DNA of 32,000 bases from Magnetococcales bacterium (GTDB lineage: Bacteria > Pseudomonadota > Magnetococcia > Magnetococcales > JADFYX01), in contig PEAM01000033.1 of the NCBI GenBank assembly GCA_002753565.1, positions 5,944-37,943 of the forward strand, in the 5' to 3' direction. The notes under the pieces were generated by a model. The model had not been told where the DNA came from, searched no databases, and worked only from the letters and a program-made list of their open reading frames with translations. Made by a program: the position numbers and the translations under genes. Within the stretch, counting starts at the first letter, position 1. Each line of letters starts with the position of its first letter. Positions 24,840 to 32,000 of this stretch are shown one piece after another.

Positions 24840-26030
24840 CTAACCAAGTACTTCAGCAACAACCCCGGCACCTACCGTACGACCGCCTTCACGAATAGCG
24901 AAGCGCAAACCTTTCTCCATCGCAATCGGTGCGATCAAGTCCACATCCATGGAGACATTGTCACCAGGCATAACCATCTCCGTCCCCTCCGGCAGAGTCA
25001 AAATGCCGGTTACATCCGTTGTACGGAAGTAAAACTGTGGACGATAGTTACTAAAGAATGGCGTATGACGCCCACCCTCTTCTTTAGTCAATATATAGCA
25101 TTCAGCCTTGAACTTCTTGTGCGGTGTGATAGAACCCGGCTTAGCAAGCACCTGTCCACGCTGAACATCTTCTCTCTTGGTTCCTCGAAGCAAAACTCCA
25201 ACATTGTCTCCGGCTTCACCCTGGTCTAGAAGCTTGCGAAACATCTCAACGCCGGTACAGGTAGTAACGGTCGTATCGGTCATCCCGACAATCTCAAGAC
25301 TCTCACCCACTTTGACTACACCACGCTCAATTCGGCCCGTTACAACGGTTCCACGGCCGGAGATGGTAAACACATCCTCAATCGGCATCAAAAAGGCGCC
25401 ATCCAGTGCTCGCTCAGGTTGTGGAATGTAGTTATCCACCTCCTCCATCAATTTCTTGATGGAAGCTGCACCCATCTCCTCTTCGGAACCCTCAAGGGCT
25501 TTCAACGCAGAGCCAACGACGATGGGAATGTCGTCTCCTGGAAAATCATACTCAGAGAGCAACTCACGAATCTCAAGCTCGACCAACTCCAACAGCTCAG
25601 GGTCGTCAACTTGATCGGCCTTGTTCATATAAACAACCAGTGCCGGTACACCAACCTGACGGGCCAGCAGAATGTGCTCACGTGTCTGGGGCATGGGACC
25701 GTCTGCTGCAGAGACAACCAGAATGGCGCCATCCATCTGGGCTGCACCGGTAATCATGTTCTTGATGTAATCCGCATGGCCCGGGCAGTCAACATGGGCA
25801 TAGTGACGGCTCTCGGTTTGATACTCAACATGGGCTGTTGAGATGGTAATGCCACGCTCACGCTCTTCTGGAGCTGCGTCAATCTGGTCATACGCCTTAA
25901 ACTCGGCGCCACCTGATTCTGCCAAAATCTTGGTAATGGCTGCTGTTAATGTGGTCTTACCGTGATCAACGTGACCAATGGTACCGACGTTAACATGCGG
26001 TTTAGAGCGATCAAATTTTTCTTTGGACAT
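24840..26030 (-). CDS. tufB: Elongation factor Tu, copy upstream of rpmG/secE
   Basis: 396-aa translation identical to 8186-9376. Confidence 0.99.
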   Translation of the reverse strand: MSKEKFDRSKPHVNVGTIGHVDHGKTTLTAAITKILAESGGAEFKAYDQIDAAPEERERGITISTAHVEYQTESRHYAHVDCPGHADYIKNMITGAAQMDGAILVVSAADGPMPQTREHILLARQVGVPALVVYMNKADQVDDPELLELVELEIRELLSEYDFPGDDIPIVVGSALKALEGSEEEMGAASIKKLMEEVDNYIPQPERALDGAFLMPIEDVFTISGRGTVVTGRIERGVVKVGESLEIVGMTDTTVTTCTGVEMFRKLLDQGEAGDNVGVLLRGTKREDVQRGQVLAKPGSITPHKKFKAECYILTKEEGGRHTPFFSNYRPQFYFRTTDVTGILTLPEGTEMVMPGDNVSMDVDLIAPIAMEKGLRFAIREGGRTVGAGVVAEVLG

Positions 26031-26137
26031 TCCTATTTACTCCCAAGAGAAGCAGGCGCTATATGCGGTGGCAAAAATGACACTCTAGAACGAGTGTTTG
26101 TTATAATGACAATTTTCTTGGCGGATCCATGAAAAAA

Positions 26138-26212
<75 letters not shown>

Positions 26213-26250
26213 TGATAAAAATCCAGCCTTATCTTCTACTACAAAAAACC

Positions 26251-26324
26251 TGGAGCGGGTAGGGGGAATCGAACCCCCATGTTCAGCTTGGAAGGCTGAC
26301 GTTCTACCGTTGAACTATACCCGC
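26251..26324 (-). tRNA. tRNA-Gly (anticodon TCC)
   Basis: GCGGGTATAGTTCAACGGTAGAACGTCAGCCTTCCAAGCTGAACATGGGGGTTCGATTCCCCCTACCCGCTCCA. Confidence 0.96.
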
Positions 26325-26368
26325 CCTACTTTTTGCGTCATCTCTGCCCATCGGATTATACCTTAAAA

Positions 26369-26453
<85 letters not shown>

Positions 26454-26474
26454 CCGATGTCAGAGCCAAGAAGG

Positions 26475-26501
26475 GATATACATTACTGGACAATAAGTCA
26501 A
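26475..26501 (-). promoter_or_regulatory. Candidate sigma70 promoter for the tRNA-tuf operon
   Basis: Minus strand TTGACT-15 nt-TATATC about 20 nt upstream of the tRNA-Tyr 5' end. Spacer is short, so exact -10 is uncertain. Confidence 0.5.
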
Positions 26502-27160
26502 GAGTTTTCCTTCATCGTGTCTGAATTTTCTTTTCCGGTCCCAGTCAAAATAGAGACCACCCCGATGGCAATCTTGCTGCCAGGATTACGATAAGTATGC
26601 CTTATGTTTCCGTGGAAACAGGCTGCATCACCTTGTTTTAATTTGCTTTCCTCTCCCGCTAAAGAGAGCGTTACCTCGCCGTGACTAACATAAAGATACT
26701 CTTCACTACCCGGCGGATGGGGCTTTCCTTCAAAAACACCACCTGCATCCAACTCAAAGATCAACTGGACAAAATGAAAGGCCCCTCCCGGCGTCACCGT
26801 TACCGCTCGATAGGCCTCATCACCCGATTGAACTCGAGGCATGGTTGCGGCGGGAATATGTTTGATCTTTCGCTGGGAAGATTCCACCAACTGGTCGATG
26901 GTCATCCCCAGCGCATTGGCTATTTTAAAAACAACAGCCAGACTCGGATTGGCATCATCTCTTTCGACCGTGGCCAGTGTTGCCCGAGGAATACCTGCAA
27001 GATCGGCAAGCTGTTTCTGGGTTAATTTTTTCCAGGATCGTACAGACCGAATTTTTGTCCCAACCAAATTGGTAATCAATCTCTTATTTTCCGCAGTGTT
27101 ATTTTCATTATAAAGACAATCGGCAAGAAGCCACCATCCGAAATACAGGATAACAGGCAT
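26498..27160 (-). CDS. XRE-family HTH transcriptional regulator with C-terminal cupin domain
   Basis: VGTKIRSVRSWKKLTQKQLADLAGIPRATLATVERDDANPSLAVVFKIANAL (HTH), then PHPPGSEEYLYVSHGEVTLSLAGEESKLKQGDAACFHGNIRHTYRNPG (cupin). Confidence 0.85.
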   Translation of the reverse strand: MPVILYFGWWLLADCLYNENNTAENKRLITNLVGTKIRSVRSWKKLTQKQLADLAGIPRATLATVERDDANPSLAVVFKIANALGMTIDQLVESSQRKIKHIPAATMPRVQSGDEAYRAVTVTPGGAFHFVQLIFELDAGGVFEGKPHPPGSEEYLYVSHGEVTLSLAGEESKLKQGDAACFHGNIRHTYRNPGSKIAIGVVSILTGTGKENSDTMKENS

Positions 27161-27401
27161 GCGTAAGGGCCTTGAGATTAAAAAAGCTCATCTGCAAAAA
27201 CTATCCTCTCTCCAGTAAATCTTCAAGAGTTCATCTGTTTTATTATCACTTTTTCCCCTGTTTATTCTCACTTTTTTTTCATAGACAACCTGGAACTCAA
27301 CCTCTGGAAACAAGAGGACTTGCTGTGTCATGCTTCCTGGGTGATAATCGCTGCTCCAGTCGAAGGTGACCAACAAAACAAGCCAGAAAACGAGGAAAAC
27401 C

Positions 27402-27914
27402 ATGAGCCAACCTTATGGCAATGTAGAGCCTATTTCAAACTTGATGCAGTATAATCCCATTGGTTTGATTGAGGAGTATGCTATCGAGCAGGATTGGAGC
27501 GCAGACCGCTCCAACGAAAATGAACTGTGGGCTGAAATTCCTGGACAGTGGGGTAGTCAACGTCTCTGGGTCGCTTTTCACAGTGAGACCGGTTTTTTGC
27601 AACTCAACACCTACATGAGCATTAAAATCCCCACCAGACACCGCATGTCAGTGGCCCAAACCATCACTCTGATCAACGAACGGGTCTGGCTGGGACACTT
27701 TGAAGTCTGGACCGAAGAGCAAGTTCCTGTCTTCCGAGTTGTCCTACCCCTCCGGGGCACCACACTCCATGAAGAGCAACTTAACGATATCATGACCTCC
27801 ATCCACGAAGAGACAGAACGCTTCTTCCCAGCTCTCCAGTGGGTAGTATGGGGCGGAAAAACTCCAGAAGAGGCTATTGCCGCAGCGATTGTCGAAACAG
27901 AAGGGGAAGCATAA
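27402..27914 (+). CDS. YbjN domain-containing protein (T3SS chaperone-like fold)
   Basis: MSQPYGNVEPISNLMQYNPIGLIEEYAIEQDWSADRSNENELWAEIPGQWGSQRLWVAFHSETGFLQLNTYMSIKIP resembles YbjN-family proteins. ATG at 27402 has a GAGG RBS; the track ORF starts at 27366. Confidence 0.65.
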   Translation: MSQPYGNVEPISNLMQYNPIGLIEEYAIEQDWSADRSNENELWAEIPGQWGSQRLWVAFHSETGFLQLNTYMSIKIPTRHRMSVAQTITLINERVWLGHFEVWTEEQVPVFRVVLPLRGTTLHEEQLNDIMTSIHEETERFFPALQWVVWGGKTPEEAIAAAIVETEGEA

Positions 27915-27981
27915 AAGAGCAACTGAAGTTTCTCCTTGACCCAGGATAAAAAGAGAGCTAGTTTTCGGGCTGCTGATCAAC

Positions 27982-28056
27982 GGGCGGTTAGCTCAGCGGG
28001 AGAGCACTACCCTGACACGGTAGGGGTCACAAGTTCAATCCTTGTACCGCCCACCA
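27982..28056 (+). tRNA. tRNA-Val (anticodon GAC)
   Basis: GGGCGGTTAGCTCAGCGGGAGAGCACTACCCTGACACGGTAGGGGTCACAAGTTCAATCCTTGTACCGCCCACCA. Confidence 0.96.
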
Positions 28057-28084
28057 TTCTTTTTTAGAATGAAATTGAATATTT

Positions 28085-28122
28085 AAACGGCTTCCTTGGC
28101 TTGCTCCTTGGGAGCCGTTTTT
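28085..28122 (+). terminator. Rho-independent terminator after tRNA-Val
   Basis: AAACGGCTTCC ... GGGAGCCGTTTTT; stem followed by a T-run. Confidence 0.75.
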
Positions 28123-28128
28123 GGTTCT

Positions 28129-28147
28129 AGTACCCACATAGTACCCA
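28129..28147 (+). repeat. Tandem 9-bp direct repeats TAGTACCCA, 11-bp period
   Basis: TAGTACCCA-ca-TAGTACCCA (28128-28136 and 28139-28147), about one helical turn apart. Confidence 0.6.
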
Positions 28148-28251
28148 GTAGGATTGGTTTCAAACTGTAGGATTCATTTAAGGGGGATAAAATGAAGTTT
28201 TCCGAAAGGTATGGGTACAAATCCGTCAGAGACTCAATATAGATTGATTCC

Positions 28252-29025
28252 ATGGATGATGCTCTTCGGAATGGTTTATGGAACCTCCTCCAAATTCATT
28301 GTTGGAATAATGCCTCTGGCTATCATCTTTCAGAGCATGGGAATCAGAAATTAGCAGAATTATGTAATAAACTCTGGATATTGCACTACAAAGTCCCGTT
28401 AGACACTCTGCCCAACAACAAGCCAAAAGCTCTCAAAACGATCAGAAATAATTTTTTCAACTATAAATGGTTTGAAGTGTATGGCTTTGTAGAGTTTGTT
28501 GCTAATAGCTATCCAAGATACAGCTTTAGAGAAAGATTTATCACAGGATGCAATCACCTTCTGGAAAACGAAATGTCCGCCTACCGTTTTGTGGACGGCG
28601 TAATCACCCGCGTAACCGAACAAATAGAGATTGATGAGATTGAACAGGCCATAGGGAAAACTTCAGATCCCGTAGCCGACCATTTGAGACGATCCCTTGA
28701 ACTGCTCTCCGACCGAAAAACTCCTGACTATCGAAATTCCATAAAAGAGTCCATATCTGCTGTTGAAAGCCTTGCGGCTATCACCCTCAATATTGAAAAC
28801 AGCACCCTTGGAAAACTGCTGAACAAGCTTGAGAAAGAGATTGTTTTACACCCTGCCCTCAAAACAGCTTTCAGCAACCTCTATGGCTACACAAATGATG
28901 AAGGTGGAATCCGTCATGCTCTGATAGACTCCGACAAAGTGGGGTTTGATGACGCAAAATTCATGATTGTCGCATGCTCGGCTTTCGTAAATTTTGTCAG
29001 GGCAAAGAATGGGAATCGAGAATGA
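28252..29025 (+). CDS. AbiJ_NTD4-like (abortive-infection related) protein; ORF as read after an in-frame TAG, probably 5'-truncated by nonsense mutation
   Basis: MDDALRNGLWNLLQIHCWNN...RNSIKESISAVESLAAI...LHPALKTAFSNLYGYTNDEGGIRHALIDSDKVGFDDAKFMIVACSAFVNFV matches my recollection of the AbiJ_NTD4 family. The same frame extends upstream to the ATG at 28192 (MKFSERYGYKSVRDSI*IDS). Confidence 0.75.
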   Translation: MDDALRNGLWNLLQIHCWNNASGYHLSEHGNQKLAELCNKLWILHYKVPLDTLPNNKPKALKTIRNNFFNYKWFEVYGFVEFVANSYPRYSFRERFITGCNHLLENEMSAYRFVDGVITRVTEQIEIDEIEQAIGKTSDPVADHLRRSLELLSDRKTPDYRNSIKESISAVESLAAITLNIENSTLGKLLNKLEKEIVLHPALKTAFSNLYGYTNDEGGIRHALIDSDKVGFDDAKFMIVACSAFVNFVRAKNGNRE

Positions 29026-29119
29026 ATGTCTCTCCATACTGTTTCGCGATTCTAAAAGTTATGATATAAGATCATTCAGGAAAAAACGACAAAACCTCTA
29101 ACCTGTGGAAGTCATCATT

Positions 29120-29470
29120 ATGAGCAAAGAAGGGTTCTATAGCATTCAATTTCGCGGGAGTTCAGATTATGGATTTGGTGTCATAATATTGGATACCAAC
29201 ATGGTTATTGGGGCCGATGTTGGCGGCGTGTTATATGATGGAAATTATACACTTAACGATAACACTCATGAGATTGATTTAAATGTAACACTGACTGTGC
29301 CTGCCGGAATCGCATTAGTCATGGGTGTGCCTCCAAGACATGAAGACTACACAATCCCGATTGTCACATCTATTCCACGGGATTTAGGCCAGGAGAAACC
29401 AGTCTTACTTCAAACTGATTTTGGACCCGTGAATGTGATTTTCAAAAAAATAAGGGATTTCCCTCAATAG
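29120..29470 (+). CDS. Small GrlR-like / beta-rich protein of unknown function
   Basis: MSKEGFYSIQFRGSSDYGFGVIILDTNMVIGADVGGVLYDGNYTLNDNTHEIDLNVTLTVP resembles GrlR-family small proteins (GxY/F-x-V-x-F...G.GV...GGD/V.. pattern). Start could be 29105. Confidence 0.5.
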   Translation: MSKEGFYSIQFRGSSDYGFGVIILDTNMVIGADVGGVLYDGNYTLNDNTHEIDLNVTLTVPAGIALVMGVPPRHEDYTIPIVTSIPRDLGQEKPVLLQTDFGPVNVIFKKIRDFPQ

Positions 29471-29572
29471 TAAATTCACAAGCATGAGCTTGGTCACGTA
29501 CAGGGTTTTGCAACACTCGGCCATGACTACATTTTTCACTCTCCCTCTTTGAAATATACTGCCTGTCATCAT

Positions 29573-29607
29573 AAAAAAGGGGGGTCGCATTTGAAATACC
29601 ACCCCCC
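29573..29607 (-). terminator. Rho-independent terminator for the minus-strand operon
   Basis: Minus strand GGGGGGT-ggtatttcaaatgcg-ACCCCCC-TTTTTT; ends just past the stop of the 29633-29974 ORF. Confidence 0.7.
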
Positions 29608-29632
29608 GGGTTGTTCCAGTTTTGATCCTCCC

Positions 29633-29974
29633 CTATGCGGCCCGCTGTCGTGTATCATCCAGGGCCAACAATCCAGACAGCCCGGAAAGGGCTTTCTTTT
29701 TGGGTACCGGGCATGGATCGACCCGAACTCCATTCACCTCCCGACCCGCCAAGGCCACAGCAAGGGCCGTCATGGCGTTTTCCAAATGATCGGAAGCCAA
29801 CCGTACCCGGTTACGGGTATCAGCGTCTGTAATATGCCTGGATGAATGAAACCGAGCCTTTTTCAGATGGCGGTTGCTCTGGGTCAGGAAATAGATTGCG
29901 CTGTCCAGCATTCTTTCCTGGCGGCTGGGGGTTGCGGCTGAGGTACGGGTACTGCTGTTGGAAATAGTCTGCAT
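29633..29974 (-). CDS. Hypothetical protein, 113 aa
   Basis: MQTISNSSTRTSAATPSRQERMLDSAIYFLTQSNRHLKKARFHSSRHITDADTRNRVRLASDHLENAMTALAVALAGR...; AAGGAG RBS before the ATG at 29974. Track ORF extends to 30040. Confidence 0.5.
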   Translation of the reverse strand: MQTISNSSTRTSAATPSRQERMLDSAIYFLTQSNRHLKKARFHSSRHITDADTRNRVRLASDHLENAMTALAVALAGREVNGVRVDPCPVPKKKALSGLSGLLALDDTRQRAA

Positions 29975-30386
29975 GGTGAGTCTCCTTAGATTGTCCTTTC
30001 GAAGGGACGGTTTATGAAGCCGGGTGCTTCGAAACCGCATCTAAGAGACGGCCCCATGGACTTTCCCCAAGGGGTATTGCATGGACCATGAGACACCCGG
30101 CCACAACCATGGGATGAAAGAGCCATGCCAGAAATTGGGCACAAATATACCGCTGGTCTGTCGGGTGCGGTGTCCGCTTAGATAGGGGTTTCGAAGCCCT
30201 GTAACTACAACGGTAATCGAACACCGCCCCGGCCAGCAAGGAGAAAAACAATTTTCAATGCGTTCTGTTTTCTCCTTCTTCCGTCAATTCCTCCAAATGT
30301 GATCGTACCGCCTCATCCAGGGCAATGCGTGTTTTCCCCAAATCGGTTCCCAATGCTGCCGCCAGCGAACCCGCCGACCGGCCCGC

Positions 30387-30716
30387 TCAATTCTCCCACG
30401 CCGAACGTATTTGGCGGCCTGCGTTAAAGGCTGCGGTCTGAACCTCATCGACCGGTACCAGGGTATTCCTCAACCGCTCTACTTCAATTTCGGTTTTCTC
30501 CCGTTGAATCGCTGCCAGCTTTGCCCGCTCCTGGGTTAAATCCATGCCGCTGGCCGATTGATGGCCCGCCGCTATTTTCCGTAGGTGTTGAATGTAGGCG
30601 GTCCGGGCCTGATCAATATCCGCACCACGGGAGGGAAGCCCCAACTTTTTCAAAAGATCGGGAACCGCCCGTTTCGATAAGTCCAAATGCCGTGCGATAT
30701 CTGCATGTGTCGTCAT
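30387..30716 (-). CDS. Phage terminase small subunit-like (Nu1/TerS-type HTH) protein, probably truncated by an in-frame TGA
   Basis: MTTHADIARHLDLSKRAVPDLLKKLGLPSRGADIDQARTAYIQHLRKIAAG...LTQERAKLAAIQREKTEIEVERLRNTLVPVDEVQTAAFNAGRQIRSAWEN*. GGGAGGAAA RBS before 30716; the same frame continues past the TGA to 30255. Confidence 0.6.
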   Translation of the reverse strand: MTTHADIARHLDLSKRAVPDLLKKLGLPSRGADIDQARTAYIQHLRKIAAGHQSASGMDLTQERAKLAAIQREKTEIEVERLRNTLVPVDEVQTAAFNAGRQIRSAWEN

Positions 30717-30730
30717 GCTATTTCCTCCCC

Positions 30731-31216
30731 TCAATGACTTGTGGATGTCCCCCCTATGGGGCTTTCTGTCGCTGTGCATGTATTGGGGTCGTGCGGAACC
30801 CATCCCTTTGAGACCGAACAGGGACCCGCAGGAAGGCAAACAAGGTTTTCTATGGCATCCCGCCAAGCTGTCAATTCATGCTGTAGCATCCAGATTTGTA
30901 AAGCCTCTTCCTTATCGGCCAGATCCTTTTTTGCATCCAAAATGGCATCATCCAAGGTTGCTTCCTCGGTCACTCGGGCTATCCTCTCTGCATCCACACC
31001 AACCAGGGTGCCAAGCCGTTTTTCCACCTCCTGGGCATCCAAGAGTTTCGATTCCTTTGTAGCACACTCAATGATGAGACCTGCTGTTTCCGCATGAACC
31101 TGGGCAACCTCATCCTTCGGGTTCTCTCCGGCCAGGTCCATGTAACCCGCTGCGGTTCGGTATGCTCCGGCTTGTGCTCGTTTAATTCTTGATTCCAGTT
31201 CTAATGATGATTTCAT
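30731..31216 (-). CDS. Hypothetical phage-associated protein, 161 aa
   Basis: MKSSLELESRIKRAQAGAYRTAAGYMDLAGENPKDEVAQVHAETAGLI...; ATGA overlap with the upstream TerS-like ORF and close spacing to the downstream one suggest an operon. Confidence 0.5.
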   Translation of the reverse strand: MKSSLELESRIKRAQAGAYRTAAGYMDLAGENPKDEVAQVHAETAGLIIECATKESKLLDAQEVEKRLGTLVGVDAERIARVTEEATLDDAILDAKKDLADKEEALQIWMLQHELTAWRDAIENLVCLPAGPCSVSKGWVPHDPNTCTATESPIGGTSTSH

Positions 31217-31728
31217 TGTGTTGACTCCTCCTTTTCTTCGTCTACGAATTTTTGCAATTTATCCGCTGCCGCACGTCTAATATTGCGGGTTTCCTTGAAT
31301 ATCAAATCTCTAATTTCTGCCACACTGGTCATTCCCGCCAGTTGATTAGCCACCCGGCCACCTAATCCATCCATCTGGGTAGAAACTATCACCATAGCCT
31401 CGGCAAACGTCTCTCTGACTGCTTCGGTCTCTAGGTATTGCCCGGCCAACTCTCTAGCCCGGATCTCCTCAATATCTGCCTTGGATCGGGTTAACCTCAG
31501 TTGCTCCGCTGCCATGGTGGGGTTGCTTGAGTCCACATTGATTTGGTTGTGTGGGCTTCTCCTAGCCGCCTGATCTACCATCCATTTGATAGCATCCGGC
31601 GTGTGGATTGAAACCTCTTTGCCCTTGCCTCCACCACTTCTGCATGGCAACCCCTGCTTAATGAGCTTGCTAATCCATGGTGGGGTTTTTCCTATGATTG
31701 CGGCAAAATCCGCTCTATTTACAATCAT
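31213..31728 (-). CDS. Phage terminase small subunit-like (Nu1/TerS-type) protein
   Basis: MIVNRADFAAIIGKTPPWISKLIKQGLPCRSGGGKGKEVSIHTPDAIKWMVDQ...EQLRLTRSKADIEEIRARELAGQYLETEAVRETFAEAMVIVSTQMDGLGGRVANQLAG; AGGAG RBS before 31728. Confidence 0.65.
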   Translation of the reverse strand: MIVNRADFAAIIGKTPPWISKLIKQGLPCRSGGGKGKEVSIHTPDAIKWMVDQAARRSPHNQINVDSSNPTMAAEQLRLTRSKADIEEIRARELAGQYLETEAVRETFAEAMVIVSTQMDGLGGRVANQLAGMTSVAEIRDLIFKETRNIRRAAADKLQKFVDEEKEESTQ

Positions 31729-31841
31729 GTTATCTCCTGTAGATATATTTCAATGGTTTGGCTCCTCTCCAGAAGGAAGAAGAAACCCTGTATTTTGAGC
31801 ACAAAAATCCTCGAAAGCCGCCGCGCGCGGTACCCGCATGG

Positions 31842-32000
31842 CTACCCCCCCTGGGAGGACCCGCGAACCACTTCACAAATCCTCTTGCGCCGCTCTCTGT
31901 AGGCGTTTCTCCCACCTCCCTGGTCATAGGTCAATTCAATGTGTGAACGTTGCCAGGGTCGAGCAATCCACGCCCGCCTTTTGCGTTCACGACTTCTGAT
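31842..32000 (-). CDS. C-terminal part of an unidentified ORF running off the right edge
   Basis: Open minus-strand frame IRSRERKRRAWIARPWQRSHIELTYDQGGGRNAYRERRKRICEVVRGSSQGG*; no family recognised. Confidence 0.3.
   Translation of the reverse strand: MRSRERKRRAWIARPWQRSHIELTYDQGGGRNAYRERRKRICEVVRGSSQGG

Noticed and set aside
30012-30251. 79-aa minus-strand ORF (MFFSLLAGAVFDYRCSYRAS...)
   Set aside because: No convincing RBS or family; sits in the post-terS intergenic region and looks like noise.
31730-31946. Overlapping ORFs on both strands at the right edge (65 and 62 aa)
   Set aside because: Mutually overlapping, low-complexity frames in a GC-rich tract; neither resembles a protein family.
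27161-32000. CRISPR array or transposon ends
   Set aside because: I found no regularly spaced repeats, transposase ORF or matching terminal inverted repeats; only short isolated repeats are present.

Overview
The window splits into two parts. About 1-26.5 kb is a highly conserved housekeeping mega-cluster, almost entirely on the minus strand. In transcription order (right to left) it reads: tRNA-Tyr, tRNA-Gly, tRNA-Thr, tuf, rpmG (missed by the ORF track), tRNA-Trp, secE, nusG, rplK, rplA, rplJ, rplL, rpoB, rpoC, rpsL, rpsG, fusA, tuf (second copy), rpsJ, rplC, rplD, rplW, rplB, rpsS, rplV, rpsC, rplP, rpmC, rpsQ, rplN, rplX, rplE, rpsN, rpsH, rplF, rplR, and the first codons of rpsE. The rif (rpoBC), str, S10 and spc operons are therefore contiguous. 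The host looks like a pseudomonadote, but I cannot place it more precisely. About 26.5-32 kb is accessory-like. It holds an XRE+cupin regulator, a YbjN-like protein and a tRNA-Val(GAC) with terminator, followed by a possible island. That island contains an AbiJ_NTD4-like (abortive-infection related) gene interrupted by an in-frame TAG, a small GrlR-like protein, and a minus-strand operon with two Nu1/TerS-like phage packaging genes (one with an in-frame TGA) but no visible terL. I found no CRISPR array, transposase or integrase. The most interesting part is the post-tRNA-Val segment: a degraded prophage, or a satellite-like element carrying a defence-type gene. Support for a functional new system is weak because both key genes carry apparent nonsense codons.
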